Made by a program: the position numbers and the translations under genes
Assembly: GCA_965209035.1 (NCBI GenBank)
Contig: OZ242372.1
Coordinates: 992,001 to 1,056,000, forward strand
DNA from: Gammaproteobacteria bacterium
GTDB taxonomy: Bacteria; Pseudomonadota; Gammaproteobacteria; CBDBNL01; JAAOII01
Reading direction: 5' to 3'
DNA length: 64,000 nucleotides
In this document: one piece after another, positions 1 through 10,771 of the stretch
Layout of the letters: each line of letters begins with the position of its first letter
Numbering within the stretch: the first letter of the stretch is position 1
Notes under the pieces: generated by a model
What the model was told of the DNA's origin: nothing
The model's input: only the letters and a program-made list of their open reading frames with translations
The model's database searches: none

Positions 1-1
1 A

Positions 2-187
2 CAGCAATTGAAAAAGGACTATACCATCGTCATCGTCACACACAATATGCAGCAGGCGGCACGCATTTCCGATGACGCCGCGTTTATGTATATCGGCGAA
101 TTAATTGAGTTCGATTCCACAAGAACTATTTTCACCAAACCGAAAAAGACCATGACAGAAGACTACATCACGGGGCGTTACGGCTAA
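2..187 (+). CDS. pstB: Phosphate ABC transporter ATPase PstB, 3' fragment (truncated by window edge)
   Basis: Frame 2 translates to ...[33 protein letters not shown]...[10 protein letters not shown], the canonical PstB C-terminus; directly upstream of phoU. Confidence 0.95.
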   Translation, partial: QQLKKDYTIVIVTHNMQQAARISDDAAFMYIGELIEFDSTRTIFTKPKKTMTEDYITGRYG

Positions 188-206
188 TTTAAGATAAAAT
201 AAAACA

Positions 207-947
207 ATGAACTCACATCAACATATATCCGCCAAGTTTGAAAAAGAACTGGCGGGATTGCGAAACGACATCCTCAAGATGGGTCAGTTTCTGGTAAAAC
301 AATTGGAAGAAGTCGCCCTGTCCATTGACAAAAAGAAGCCGCGCAAAAATAAGATTATCTCCAAGCACGAACAAAAAATTAACGAACTGGAAGTTTCTCT
401 GGATACCAAGTGCGTTAATCTGCTCGCCTTGCACAGCCCCACCGCCTCGGATCTGCGCTTTATCATCGGCATCAGTCGTATGGTGAACGATATGGAAAGC
501 ATGGGCGACGAAATTACCAAGACATCTTTTACATTACAAAAGATGCTGGAACAAAACGAAGCGAACAAAGATTATCATCTGTATGCGGATCTTAAGAATA
601 TCGCCGATGAACTCGTGCAGCTGCTGCTGGATACCCTGCATGCCTATGAAGAAGAGAGCACCGAAGCGGCGGCAAAATTGATCATCAAAGAGCGGAAGAT
701 GGATGTCCTGTATCAAAATGCAACTCGTGCCAGAATTACCTGGATTATGGAAGACCCGGGAACTGTCAAGATTGTCGTCCATGTTTTTTGGATGCTGCGC
801 TCCATGGAACGCATCGGCAAATGTATTCGTCAAGTCAACAATCACCACATTTTTGTTCAAAAAGGAACGGATACGCGCCATATGAGCAGCGAGAAAGTCA
901 AAGACAAGTTCATCAAACGCAAAAAATCTGTCCGCCAAAAGTCCTAA
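207..947 (+). CDS. phoU: Phosphate signalling complex protein PhoU
   Basis: HIS..F..EL N-terminus, 'LALHSPTASDLR' and 'RSMERIG' motifs; follows pstB. Confidence 0.92.
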   Translation: MNSHQHISAKFEKELAGLRNDILKMGQFLVKQLEEVALSIDKKKPRKNKIISKHEQKINELEVSLDTKCVNLLALHSPTASDLRFIIGISRMVNDMESMGDEITKTSFTLQKMLEQNEANKDYHLYADLKNIADELVQLLLDTLHAYEEESTEAAAKLIIKERKMDVLYQNATRARITWIMEDPGTVKIVVHVFWMLRSMERIGKCIRQVNNHHIFVQKGTDTRHMSSEKVKDKFIKRKKSVRQKS

Positions 948-969
948 GGGTCTCTATAAAGGCTTGGGG

Positions 970-1100
970 TAAGACCCGGAATAAAGACCGGGGATAAGGG
1001 TTCGGGATACAAACCCGGGATAAAAGACCAAGGATAAAGGTTTGGGATACAAACCCGGGATACAAACCGAGAATAAAGGTTTGGGATACAAACCCGGAAA
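970..1100. repeat. Degenerate tandem repeat, ~37-bp period (GATAAAGGTTTGGGATACAAACCCGG core, 3 copies plus fragments)
   Basis: Visible reiteration between convergent phoU and fadE; the core has an imperfect internal inverted repeat (GGTTTG...CAAACC). Confidence 0.8.
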
Positions 1101-1177
1101 AACAAAAATAACTCCCCGGCAAAAGTTGGGGAAGTAGAATGACGAATGACGAATTAGAATACGGCTTTTATTTCCTT

Positions 1178-3736
1178 CTACTTTAATGCAGCAAAGTCGT
1201 CCACTTTAAGAATATTCTCGGCCGCCGTCTCGGCGTCCGTCCACAACTTGCGTTCGGCCGCGGTAATTGTCTTATCCTTAACCAGCCGAGCCAAATACTC
1301 ACCGCGTGCAAGAAACGGCGGTTGCCTCATCCCCGATTTGCGGACACGACGCAGCACAGGTTGCAGTTGCTTCGCCAAAACATAGGCTCGGCGCAATTCC
1401 GGCAAAGGTGAACATACTCCCTCGGAAAATTCGGGAATAGTTTCTTCCGGACCCGTCAAAAGTTTGGATTTCGGGTCCTTCAAAGAAGCGGCGATCGCCA
1501 AAATCTCCTTGTCCTTGGGTGCGGCATGTCCGCCAAACGGCCGGAAAATGAAATGCATACAGGCACCGCCGAAAAATAAATTGCCGGCAATTCCCGCCAG
1601 AGATGCGTGCGCCGCGCGCGTCATTCGCTTTTGGAGAACCAAAAGTAAGGGTAATTGCTCCGCGGGCATCCCGTCGTTTTGAAACTTACGCAGAGCCGCG
1701 GTCGCGACAAACATCGCACACCAGGCATCGGCAAACCGACCGGACAAACTCTCTTTTCTTTTAATACCGCCGCCAAACCGGAGCAAAGCCACTTCCGCCA
1801 AAACAGCGAACAGGGCACTCAAAACGGAAAGTCTTCTGTGGAAGACACCGAGTTTGCCGGCGGCTCCGCTGTTAAAGTTAAGATTAAGGTTAAGATTGGA
1901 ATTGGCATGCGGGTTCGGATTGAAAAAGGGCAGCCAGCCACCGCTCCAACAGGCCGCCAAACACCGGCCCACCATGCCAAACACATAGGCCGTGTGGCGA
2001 AAAAATAACTCGGCGAAAGCCCGCTCATCCTTGTTTGCCAGGGCTCTTGCCTCATCATACAAAAACGGATGGCAACGCATCACCCCCTGACCGAAAATGA
2101 TCATACACCTGGTGAGAATGTTCGCGCCTTCCACCGTAATACCGATCGGCGTGCTGCGATACGATTCTTCAAGGTAGTTACGCCCGCCCGACATAATCGC
2201 CTTGCCGCCGTGCAGATCCATTGCCAGGTTGACCGATTCCCTTCCCATTTCCGTGGAATAATATTTAATGAGTGCCGATGCCAAAGCCGGCTTTTGCCGG
2301 GCATCTATCATGTCGGTTACGGCATCGCGCATGGCCGCCGTGGCGGCCGAGTTCACCGCCAGATGCGTCAACTTCTCCGCCACCCCCTCAAACTCCGCCA
2401 AAGGAATTCCAAACTGACGCCGAACATTCGTATAAAAAGCGGTTGTCAAAAAACTCATCCCCGCGGAAGCGCGCGAAAGCGAAGGCAAGGAAATCCCTCG
2501 CCCAGCGGCAAGACATTCCATCAGCATTCCCCAGCCCTTACTCACGCCCTTTGCGCCGCCAATCACATCTTCCAACGGGACAAAAACATCCTTGCCCCAA
2601 ATGGGACCGTTATGAAAGAACACTCCCATCGGATCGTGCCGCCGCCCGATATTCAACCCCGCGGTTTTATGTGACAACAGCGCGCAGGTAATTCCAAGAT
2701 AACCGCCCTCTCTTTCTTCCGCTCCCGGCATCGCCGCGCCGTCATCTTCATCGCCTCTGCCGTCACCGCCGTCACTTCCTCTTTTTCCCGATTTCGGCAA
2801 CAGACGATCCGGGTCATAGGCCTTAAATGCCACGCCGACCAAAGTGGCGATGGGCGCCAAACTAATGTAACGCTTGTTTAATGTCAGGCGAAATCCCAAT
2901 ACCGATTTTCCGCCGATGGTCTTCTTACACAGAATTCCGTAATCTTCCATCGCACCCGCATCCGAGCCACCGGGCAGGGATGTGAGAGCGAAACAAGGAA
3001 CTTCCTCTCCCTGTGCCAACTTGGCGAGATATTTCTTCTTTTGTGCCGCCGTCCCGTATCTCAGCAGCAGTTCGCCGGGACCCAACGAATTTGGCACCAT
3101 CACCATAATCGCCAAGGCGGCCGAACAACTTGCCAGTTTGGTAATCACCGCCGCCTGAGCTCCTGCGGAAAACCCGAGGCCGCCCGCGGACTTGGGGATA
3201 ATCATCCCCCAGAACTTGTGCTTTTTAATATAGGCAAACGCCGCCGGTGGCAACCCCTTATGCTTTTCTATCGTCTCACGCGAACAAAGTGCGCACAAGG
3301 CTTCGGTTTCATTGACAAGAAATTTTTTCTCCGCCGCGGTCAAATTGCGATGCGGCATACCCAAGGCCGTTTCCATCGCGCTCGCATAGTCTCCCCGAAA
3401 CAGAAACTTTTCCCAGGACAGATCTCCGGCGGCGATGGCTTCCTCTTCGGTTGCGCTGATTTTGGGGACGCTCTTTTGCATGCCGGCAAAAACCCAACCG
3501 GCAAGTTTCTTACGCAACGGCCGCACATGATTGAGCAACAGAAACATCGCAAGAAAGAAGCCGCCGACAACACACGCCACCCAGGCTCCGAACGCAATCG
3601 CCGCCAAAAGGCTGACCGCAAAAATCCCCGCGGTCCCTATCTCCATTCGGATCAGATCTTCGCGGCTACGCGCCCAAGCGATCGCCAGAGCAAAGATGAC
3701 GAGTAAAGTCCAAAGAATCTGTACCAAGATTGTCAT
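1178..3736 (-). CDS. fadE: Acyl-CoA dehydrogenase, FadE type
   Basis: N-terminal TM segments, 'VMVPNSLGPGELL', 'PCFALT..GGSDAG', 'KRYISLAPIAT', 'ITVEGANILTR'; 852 aa. Confidence 0.92.
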   Translation of the reverse strand: MTILVQILWTLLVIFALAIAWARSREDLIRMEIGTAGIFAVSLLAAIAFGAWVACVVGGFFLAMFLLLNHVRPLRKKLAGWVFAGMQKSVPKISATEEEAIAAGDLSWEKFLFRGDYASAMETALGMPHRNLTAAEKKFLVNETEALCALCSRETIEKHKGLPPAAFAYIKKHKFWGMIIPKSAGGLGFSAGAQAAVITKLASCSAALAIMVMVPNSLGPGELLLRYGTAAQKKKYLAKLAQGEEVPCFALTSLPGGSDAGAMEDYGILCKKTIGGKSVLGFRLTLNKRYISLAPIATLVGVAFKAYDPDRLLPKSGKRGSDGGDGRGDEDDGAAMPGAEEREGGYLGITCALLSHKTAGLNIGRRHDPMGVFFHNGPIWGKDVFVPLEDVIGGAKGVSKGWGMLMECLAAGRGISLPSLSRASAGMSFLTTAFYTNVRRQFGIPLAEFEGVAEKLTHLAVNSAATAAMRDAVTDMIDARQKPALASALIKYYSTEMGRESVNLAMDLHGGKAIMSGGRNYLEESYRSTPIGITVEGANILTRCMIIFGQGVMRCHPFLYDEARALANKDERAFAELFFRHTAYVFGMVGRCLAACWSGGWLPFFNPNPHANSNLNLNLNFNSGAAGKLGVFHRRLSVLSALFAVLAEVALLRFGGGIKRKESLSGRFADAWCAMFVATAALRKFQNDGMPAEQLPLLLVLQKRMTRAAHASLAGIAGNLFFGGACMHFIFRPFGGHAAPKDKEILAIAASLKDPKSKLLTGPEETIPEFSEGVCSPLPELRRAYVLAKQLQPVLRRVRKSGMRQPPFLARGEYLARLVKDKTITAAERKLWTDAETAAENILKVDDFAALK

Positions 3737-3837
3737 AACTTCATTATATCAAACAAGTCGTTTCCCTGAGGTGTGTCTCATTCCGCCACAGACAGAAAAC
3801 AAACATAACTCCCGCCTCCGCTTCCGCTTCCAAATCC

Positions 3838-4020
3838 CCGCCACAGATCCGGATGAATTGCCACCACAGATCCGAGCGAATTGCCGTCACAGATGCAAGG
3901 CGAATTGCCACCATAGATACAAGGCGAATTGCCACCATAGATCCGGATGAATTGCCGCCATAGATGCAAGGCGAATTGCCGCCATAGATGCAAGGCGAAT
4001 TGCCGCCACAGATGCGCGGA
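3838..4020. repeat. Tandem repeat of 23-24-bp units (GAATTGCCRCCAYAGATGCAAGGC-like), about 8 copies
   Basis: Head-to-tail units without unique spacers; two interleaved variants end in ...GATCCGGAT and ...GATGCAAGGC. Confidence 0.9.
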
Positions 4021-4348
4021 TTGAGGTTAGTTGTTAAGAAAGCGGCAGGATGGTCCGCCGGCCGGGCCGGGCGGGACATGCCTTAATGTCGGCAGGCTGT
4101 CCGCCGCGCCAAAATGCCGGATGGCAGGATCCCAATTAATGAAAGTTGCCGCATCCGTCACCGACTCAATCAACGACCGCGCAAGCGGCTCGGATTTAGA
4201 ACACCCGCCGAGGTCTTCTCAGAAGCGACCGGAGTGGATTATAATTTAGCAACCCGTGTTGCACCGGAAGGTTGAATTCGCCTAGAATATGTTCTTTGTT
4301 TTTTCTGCGGCGCAAAACCGAAAACAGGATCCGCAAAAGACTGTCAAC

Positions 4349-5281
4349 TCACGGTTTAGCGGGGCCCGCATGGCCAATCCCTGCATAGCCAATCGATGCC
4401 CGCCGATTAACAAACACCGTGACAACAATCAACACGGCAAACAGGATGCCAACGAGATCCGATCTCTCGCGCAGCAGGATGGCGGACGCGCCGAGTGTCA
4501 TGAAAGGTTGCAGTAACTGGACCTGACTAATGCGGGCAATACCTCCCATCGCGAGAGCCCGATACCAAAAGAAAAACCCAAAAAACTGACTGACAAGAGC
4601 AAGATACAAGAAAGCAGCCCACACACCGCCACTCAACGCAAACGGCTCTGCCGGGCGAAAGATCCAACTTAGCGGAATATTGATCGGCAAAGCAACAATG
4701 ACAAGCCAACAGGTGACACGCACCCCGCCAAGTTGCTTTGTCAATTGTGCGCCAAGCCCGTAGCCGATGCCGGCGGCTATAACCGCAACAACAAGCATCA
4801 GGTCTCCCAAATGCAATACAAATTTTTCTTCGCTGCGAATCAGGGCATAAAGAATGACCAAGAGCGCGCCGAGAACGGCCGTCACCCAAAAGAGCGCGGA
4901 AGGTCTCTCCCGGGCAACAACCAGGCCGCATATGGAAGTTACCAAAGGCAAGATTCCCAGCAAGATGCCGCCGTGCGAAGCCGGAACCGTAATCATGCCC
5001 CAGGCCACCAGTACGGGAAAAGTAAAAGCCACGCCAAGAGAGGCAACAAACAGCCGGTAAAATTGCCGCGCACTCGGCAGTTTTCCGCCCATGCACAACA
5101 GAAATACGACGGCAAGCCCGGCCGCCAACACGACGCGACCGCTGCCGATAAAGATCGGATGCATTTCCGCAACGGCATAACGACTGGCGGGCAGTGTCAA
5201 ACTAAAGCCGGCCGTGGCAATCAAACCCGAAAGCAGTCCGATGCCGAATCTGATGTTGAGATTTTGAAATTTTTTTAGCAT
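4349..5281 (-). CDS. DMT/EamA family transporter
   Basis: 310 aa with about 10 hydrophobic segments; 'WYRALAMGGIARISQVQLLQPF' is a typical DMT motif. Confidence 0.88.
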   Translation of the reverse strand: MLKKFQNLNIRFGIGLLSGLIATAGFSLTLPASRYAVAEMHPIFIGSGRVVLAAGLAVVFLLCMGGKLPSARQFYRLFVASLGVAFTFPVLVAWGMITVPASHGGILLGILPLVTSICGLVVARERPSALFWVTAVLGALLVILYALIRSEEKFVLHLGDLMLVVAVIAAGIGYGLGAQLTKQLGGVRVTCWLVIVALPINIPLSWIFRPAEPFALSGGVWAAFLYLALVSQFFGFFFWYRALAMGGIARISQVQLLQPFMTLGASAILLRERSDLVGILFAVLIVVTVFVNRRASIGYAGIGHAGPAKP

Positions 5282-5376
5282 TGTTATTGTTTTGAAATTA
5301 TTTCAACATCGTTTTGACATCGTTTTGATGCAAGCACATCTTAATCCGCAACAAAGTAAAATCAACCCAACCGTCC

Positions 5377-5446
5377 GATCCCACCCATTTCCGGACTTTT
5401 GTTGTTTTTGCAAGAATTGAATTGACGAGAGTTGTTGGTGAACATA
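5377..5446 (+). repeat. ~70-bp direct repeat, left copy, flanking the R-M cassette
   Basis: GATCCCACCCATTTCCGGACTTTTGTTGtTTTTGCAAGAATTGaATTgACGAGAGTTGTTgGTGAaCATA matches 7548-7617 with about 5 mismatches. Confidence 0.92.
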
Positions 5447-5541
5447 GTGCGGGCTTGCGCAGTGCGGGCTTTCGCAATGATACCAAACCGGTCAGTCAAC
5501 AAATTCGTTTAAAACGCTCATAGTGTGCGTTCGGTTGTCAT

Positions 5542-6398
5542 TTATAACTTACTTTGCAATAAGTTGGCTATTGTTCCATAGATAACTTTCGCCGATGCTT
5601 TGGATTGAAAATGCTTCAGCAAGAGTCGTAAAGTCTTTTTCTCCGGGAAAAGCGTCAAAATAATCTCTTCAAATATCGTATTGTTTTCAAAAATTTGTCT
5701 GTAAATTCTCGGCGACAAGTCTTTTATTTCTTCAAAAGAACTTTCGGCATCCAGGTCAAAATTGGTTTCCGGAAAATCGGGTATTTCCGTTTTCCACTTT
5801 TTCACATACTTTAAGATTTGAGTCCACGCGGCCGTGTGGTTTAATAATTGAAATAATTCCTCGCCATAGGACAGGTGTAACTCAACTCCATACGCTTTTG
5901 CCATCTTGGCGAGCTCTTCTTGATAATAAGTTTTATTTTTCCGCAGTTCGGGATCAATAAAGTAAACAATGCCGACAAGATTATTTTCCTCATGCCGATT
6001 AACCATTTCACCCAATTTCTTTTCAAAATTAGAAATCTGTCCGCGCTTTTTCGATGAGTCGTGATCATCCCTCACTTTTTGTTCTATTAAATATATTTTG
6101 TTATGGGTTTTGAAGCACTGATCGATATTCAATCTGTTTTTATTGTCCGCCACAAATTTTTTTCCAAAATCTCATAACCAAATTCTCGCAGGTATGCTTC
6201 AATGATAATTTCAAAAGCATCGCCAAAACGAATTTCGTGCGATTGCAATAGGTTTTGTAAAATCTTTGCCTTTGGTCTTGTTGGTCTAAACAAACCGATG
6301 TACCGGTTTGGGGACTGGGCAATTTTTTCAATCAGGCGTGCTTTTGATTTTTCAAAAATTGTCTCGTTCAAAATACCTTTGAACTTTTTGTAACGCAT
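5542..6398 (-). pseudogene. HpyAIV-like (GANTC) type II restriction endonuclease, frameshifted at an A7 run (6157-6163)
   Basis: ATG at 6398 gives MRYKKF...RYIGLFRPTRPKAKILQNLLQSHEIRFGDAFE; the second frame continues ...IEQKVRDDHDSSKKRGQ. Adding one A restores a ~285-aa ORF. Lies next to a HinfI/CcrM-like MTase. Confidence 0.8.
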
Positions 6399-6402
6399 CG
6401 TC

Positions 6403-7473
6403 TTAAGTGAGATATTCTTTGATATAACGTTCGCGCAATGTATCCAATAAGACCAAATTATCTTTTTGGGAAACATACCAAAAGGTCCAGCCGTTGTTTG
6501 TCGGTTTCCCCAGAATCTCCGTGCTGATTTTGTGAATGGAGCCTGTCTTGTTATCCCATTCCAAAGTGGCGTTTGCCAAAATTCGGGCTTTATGCCGCCT
6601 GCCTTTTGAATATAGGAAGTCGCCCGCTTTAATCAGGTCCGCTTCTATTAAATTGCCAAACGGCACCTTTGGAGATTTTACTTCCATCGGATAGGATAAA
6701 AGCGCATCGTCCAGTTGTCGGACTTTTGCGATCCTGGCCTTGGCAATTTTGATATAAGGGCTTTCTTTTTCTATGCCTATAAAATGGCGTCCCAATTTTT
6801 TTGCAACAGCCGCCGTTGTCCCGCTGCCAATGAAAGGATCCAAAACAATATCGCCGGGGTTGGAAGTAGCCAAGATGATCCGATACAACAAGGCTTCGGG
6901 TTTTTGCGTTGAATGTGCCTTTTCGCCGTTTTGTTTAATCCTTTCTTTGCCGGAACAAATCGGGATATACCAATCGCTGCGCATTTGTTTGTCATCGCCA
7001 AAAGTTCTCATTGATTTGTAATGGAATGTATATTTTGAACTTTGATGTTTTGCCGCCCAAATGAGCGTTTCTTGGGCGTTGTTAAAACGAGTGCCTTTGA
7101 AATTGGGCATAGGATTTGCTTTGATCCAAACAACATCATTCAATGTCCAAAACCCCAGATCCTGCATTATTTTTCCAACACGAAAAATATTGTGATAACT
7201 GCCAATCACCCAAATCGCGCCGTCTTTTTTCAACACTCTTCGGCAAGCCCGAAGCCAACCCTCGGTAAATTGATCGTAGTCCGCGAACGAAGAAAATTGA
7301 TCCCACTTGTCATCCACCCCGTTCACCCTGGTTTGGTTGGGCCTGAATAGTTCGCCCCGCAACTGTAAGTTGTATGGCGGATCGGCAAAAATAAGATCGA
7401 TGGACCTTTCCGGCATATCTTCCAGTACCTTTGCACAGTCGCCTTTGATCATTTGATTGAGATATTGATTCAT
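6403..7473 (-). CDS. N6-adenine DNA methyltransferase, beta class, M.HinfI/CcrM-like (probably GANTC)
   Basis: DPPYNLQL, 'NPMPNFKGTRFNNA', HSTQKPE, DPFIGSGTT and a CcrM-like C-terminal domain (VPFG.LIE...GSIH...NGWTFW). Confidence 0.92.
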   Translation of the reverse strand: MNQYLNQMIKGDCAKVLEDMPERSIDLIFADPPYNLQLRGELFRPNQTRVNGVDDKWDQFSSFADYDQFTEGWLRACRRVLKKDGAIWVIGSYHNIFRVGKIMQDLGFWTLNDVVWIKANPMPNFKGTRFNNAQETLIWAAKHQSSKYTFHYKSMRTFGDDKQMRSDWYIPICSGKERIKQNGEKAHSTQKPEALLYRIILATSNPGDIVLDPFIGSGTTAAVAKKLGRHFIGIEKESPYIKIAKARIAKVRQLDDALLSYPMEVKSPKVPFGNLIEADLIKAGDFLYSKGRRHKARILANATLEWDNKTGSIHKISTEILGKPTNNGWTFWYVSQKDNLVLLDTLRERYIKEYLT

Positions 7474-7547
7474 ACTATTTCATAGCCTGCGGGATAGGAC
7501 ACCAAAATATTATAACTGACCGGGAATGTAAGCACGCCTGATTGTAT

Positions 7548-7617
7548 GATCCCACCCATTTCCGGACTTTTGTTGCTTTTGCAAGAATTGCATTAACGAG
7601 AGTTGTTTGTGAGCATA
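7548..7617 (+). repeat. ~70-bp direct repeat, right copy, flanking the R-M cassette
   Basis: Second copy of 5377-5446. Confidence 0.92.
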
Positions 7618-7698
7618 ATAAAGCATCACGATAACCGGTCAATAAAAGAAGGAGAAAAATTTACACTTACGGATAATAACGGATATAATTGATTAACC

Positions 7699-8088
7699 GT
7701 GCCAAACGCAAACCAACTCAAATTTTTAAGGCTCAATCTGTTCCTCCTGATCGGATGGGCTGTTCTTTCGTTTCTTGCTTATCCGCTGTTCGGTAGCGGA
7801 GTATCCTCGGCCTTGTTTGGCGGCGGTATTCTGTATTTGTTCGCTGCTCTGTTCCAAGGGTTGTTTTATTTTTCTTTTCGCGGTGCGGCACAGGCAACCC
7901 GCATCCTCTTTGCGCTAAAACTTGGCTCCTTGGTTAAGTTTCTTTTGGTGATTTTACTTTACGCCCTTGTCGCCGCCGGGCTTGTCGCCGCCGGGTTGCC
8001 CCCCGCCGAATTTTTGCCGGCGATGACCTGTGGCATCGTGATCATGCACTTCGTCCAGGCATTCGCCGCGGCCGGAATGCTGCGCTAG
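7699..8088 (+). CDS. ATP synthase subunit I (AtpI/UncI)-like membrane protein
   Basis: 129 aa with four TM segments; 'SALFGG' and 'FRGAAQATRILFALKLGSLVKFLL' resemble AtpI 'GA..A..I..SFY.GE..K'. No atp operon follows. Confidence 0.65.
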   Translation: MPNANQLKFLRLNLFLLIGWAVLSFLAYPLFGSGVSSALFGGGILYLFAALFQGLFYFSFRGAAQATRILFALKLGSLVKFLLVILLYALVAAGLVAAGLPPAEFLPAMTCGIVIMHFVQAFAAAGMLR

Positions 8089-8112
8089 TCCGACACGCCC
8101 GACACGCCCGTC

Positions 8113-10659
8113 ATGTCCGTTCTGTCTTCCAATTCCGCCGAGTTTTCGCCGATGATGCGGCATTATTTGCACATCAAAAAAGAGCATCCGGACACCTTGC
8201 TCTTTTATAGGATGGGTGATTTCTACGAACTCTTTTTTGAAGATGCGAAAAAGGCGGCAAGGTTGTTGGACATCACGCTGACGGCACGCGGCAAAAAGAA
8301 CGACATGCCGATCCCGATGGCGGGCGTTCCCTTTCACGCCGCCGATTCCTATATCGGCAAACTCCTGAAAATTGGAGAATCCGTCGTCATCTGCGAGCAA
8401 ATCGGCCGGCAACGCCAAGGCGATCCGGTGGAGCGTCGGGTAACACGCATCATCACACCCGGCACGGCAACCGAGGAATCCTTCACCGAAGAGACGCGCG
8501 ACTATCAAGCGGGCGCGCTGGTATTTGGCGCGCGCGGTTACGGCCTCGCATGGCTTAACCTTTCGAACGGCGAGTTTCGTATGCAAATCTTGGAAAGCAA
8601 CCAAAGTTTACAAAACGAATTGGGCAGGTTAAACATCACCGAATTGTTAATTAGCAAGGACGAAAAAAATTGGAGCGGGGCCGCCCGCTATGTCCGCGCC
8701 TATGATGCCCGGCATTTTGAAGAAAAAGAGGCACTCGCTTTGCTGCACAAACAATTCGGCGAGGACTGGCTGGTGCGGCAACGGGCGGATACACACGTTC
8801 TGCCGGCATTGCGGGCGGCGGGAGCCCTGCTTTCTTATGCGCTGGCGACGCAACTTAATACCCTGCAACATGTGAAGCCGCCGCAAATAACCGCCGAAGA
8901 AGAAGCCGTCATCATAGACCCGGTGAGTCGCCGACATCTCGCCATAGACGACAATGAGGATAGCCAAAAAATATCGCTGTTCGGGCTGATGAACAGCTGT
9001 GTCACACCCATGGGGTCCCGCCTGTTGCGGCGAGAATTGCATCGCCCGATTCGCAACATAGACTTACTCGGCGGCCGCCAACTGGCAATCGGCGAACTGA
9101 TGAAAAGCAAGATGTTTGATTCTGTCCGACCGATTCTGGCAAAGACCGGTGACCTGGAGCGTTCCCTCGCGCGCATCTCAGTGCGCACCGCCAGACCGGG
9201 CGATCTGCTGCGGGTGCGACGCGCCCTGGCGACAATTACGGAACTGCAGTCCGTCCCCGATTTTGAAACACCGGTGCTGCGGCGACTGAGCGATTCGCTG
9301 CAACCCTTTGATACCCTCAGCGAACTGTTGGGGCGCGCCATATTGGAACAACCGGCGGCGCACCTGCGCGACGGCGGTGTCATTGCATCCGGGTATGACA
9401 AGGAGCTGGACGAACAACGCGCTTTGCAAACCAACAGCGGGGAGTTTCTAACAAGAATGGAGGCGGAAGAAAAACAGCGGACCGGTCTGAGTTCCCTGAA
9501 GATCGGCTACAATCGGGCGTTTGGCTATTACATAGAAATCAGCAGTGGCCAAGCAAAAAACGCGCCGAGCGATTACATCCGCCGCCAAACTTTGAAAAAT
9601 GCGGAAAGATACATCACACCTCAGTTGAAACTGCACGAAGATAAGATTCTTGGCAGTCGCAGTCGCTCTCTCGCACGGGAAAAGTTTTTATATGAACAGA
9701 TTTTGGACAAACTCAACGCCGAGATGCGCCGCCTGCAAACCATCGCCAAGGCCTTGGCTGTGCTGGACTTTCTGTGTTGTCTCGCCGAGCGAGCGCATCT
9801 GCTCGGCTGGAACAAACCACAACTGCACCTGGCGCATTCTCTGATGATTGAAGATGGCCGCCATCCTCTGGTGGAAGAATACTCGGACCAGCCCTTCATC
9901 GCCAACGATCTTCTTTTGGATAACAAACAAAATATGCTCATCATCACGGGGCCGAATATGGGCGGAAAATCCACCTACATGCGCCAGACCGCATTGATTG
10001 TATTACTCGCGTACATCGGCAGTTATGTGCCGGCCAAGAAGGCGGAGATCGGCAGAGTAGACCGCATCTTCACACGCATCGGCGCCGGCGATGACCTGGC
10101 GTCCGGCAGTTCCACTTTTATGACCGAAATGACCGAGACCGCTCATATTCTCAAGACGGCAACCGCGGACAGTTTAATTTTGATGGACGAAATCGGGCGC
10201 GGCACCGGCACCTATGACGGTCTGTCTCTTGCTTGGGCATGTGCCGATCACATCAGTCGCTCCTTGCATGCCTACGCGATGTTTTCCACTCATTACTTTG
10301 AACTCACCGCCATTGCCAAGGAGTTACCGGGAACGGCAAATGTCCACCTGGCGGCAAAAGAGCATGCCGGCGGTATTGTCTTCTTATATAAGATAAGAAC
10401 CGGGCCCGCCAGTCGCAGTTACGGGCTGCAGGTGGCGCGTCTCGCCGGCGTCCCGCAACCGGTCATAGAACACGCCCAAAAAATTCTGGACGAGTTACAA
10501 CAGGCGGAAAGAAAACAAATCCCGACCGAGCAACCAATCCCCCAAACTTCTCTCTTTGACGAGGACCCGCTGCGACGCAACCTACAAAAAATAGAACCCG
10601 ACAACCTGAGCCCGAAGGACGCGCTGGCGGAAATATACAAACTGCGGGACCTGCTCTGA
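8113..10659 (+). CDS. mutS: DNA mismatch repair protein MutS
   Basis: [11 protein letters not shown], Walker [31 protein letters not shown]. Confidence 0.99.
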   Translation: MSVLSSNSAEFSPMMRHYLHIKKEHPDTLLFYRMGDFYELFFEDAKKAARLLDITLTARGKKNDMPIPMAGVPFHAADSYIGKLLKIGESVVICEQIGRQRQGDPVERRVTRIITPGTATEESFTEETRDYQAGALVFGARGYGLAWLNLSNGEFRMQILESNQSLQNELGRLNITELLISKDEKNWSGAARYVRAYDARHFEEKEALALLHKQFGEDWLVRQRADTHVLPALRAAGALLSYALATQLNTLQHVKPPQITAEEEAVIIDPVSRRHLAIDDNEDSQKISLFGLMNSCVTPMGSRLLRRELHRPIRNIDLLGGRQLAIGELMKSKMFDSVRPILAKTGDLERSLARISVRTARPGDLLRVRRALATITELQSVPDFETPVLRRLSDSLQPFDTLSELLGRAILEQPAAHLRDGGVIASGYDKELDEQRALQTNSGEFLTRMEAEEKQRTGLSSLKIGYNRAFGYYIEISSGQAKNAPSDYIRRQTLKNAERYITPQLKLHEDKILGSRSRSLAREKFLYEQILDKLNAEMRRLQTIAKALAVLDFLCCLAERAHLLGWNKPQLHLAHSLMIEDGRHPLVEEYSDQPFIANDLLLDNKQNMLIITGPNMGGKSTYMRQTALIVLLAYIGSYVPAKKAEIGRVDRIFTRIGAGDDLASGSSTFMTEMTETAHILKTATADSLILMDEIGRGTGTYDGLSLAWACADHISRSLHAYAMFSTHYFELTAIAKELPGTANVHLAAKEHAGGIVFLYKIRTGPASRSYGLQVARLAGVPQPVIEHAQKILDELQQAERKQIPTEQPIPQTSLFDEDPLRRNLQKIEPDNLSPKDALAEIYKLRDLL

Positions 10660-10676
10660 TCTGTTTTCAATTTTCT

Positions 10677-10716
10677 TTCAACTTGCTTTCAACTTGCTTT
10701 CAACTTGCTTTCAACT
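10677..10716. repeat. 11-bp tandem repeat (TTCAACTTGCT) x ~3.5
   Basis: Directly visible between mutS and ctpA. Confidence 0.85.
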
Positions 10717-10771
10717 TTCGATGCAATAAAATTGTTTTTGGATTACAACGAATTGGTGTATAATAATTGAT

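Noticed and set aside
970-1100. Possible CRISPR, REP or iteron array
   Set aside because: Degenerate, with no distinct spacers and no rep or cas gene; fits the general local-duplication pattern.
3838-4020. Possible CRISPR array
   Set aside because: Units are head-to-tail with no unique spacers, and there are no cas genes in the window.
6403-7473. Cell-cycle regulator ccrM
   Set aside because: Linked to a cognate nuclease gene inside a repeat-bounded cassette in a non-alphaproteobacterial gene context, so an R-M methylase is the simpler call.
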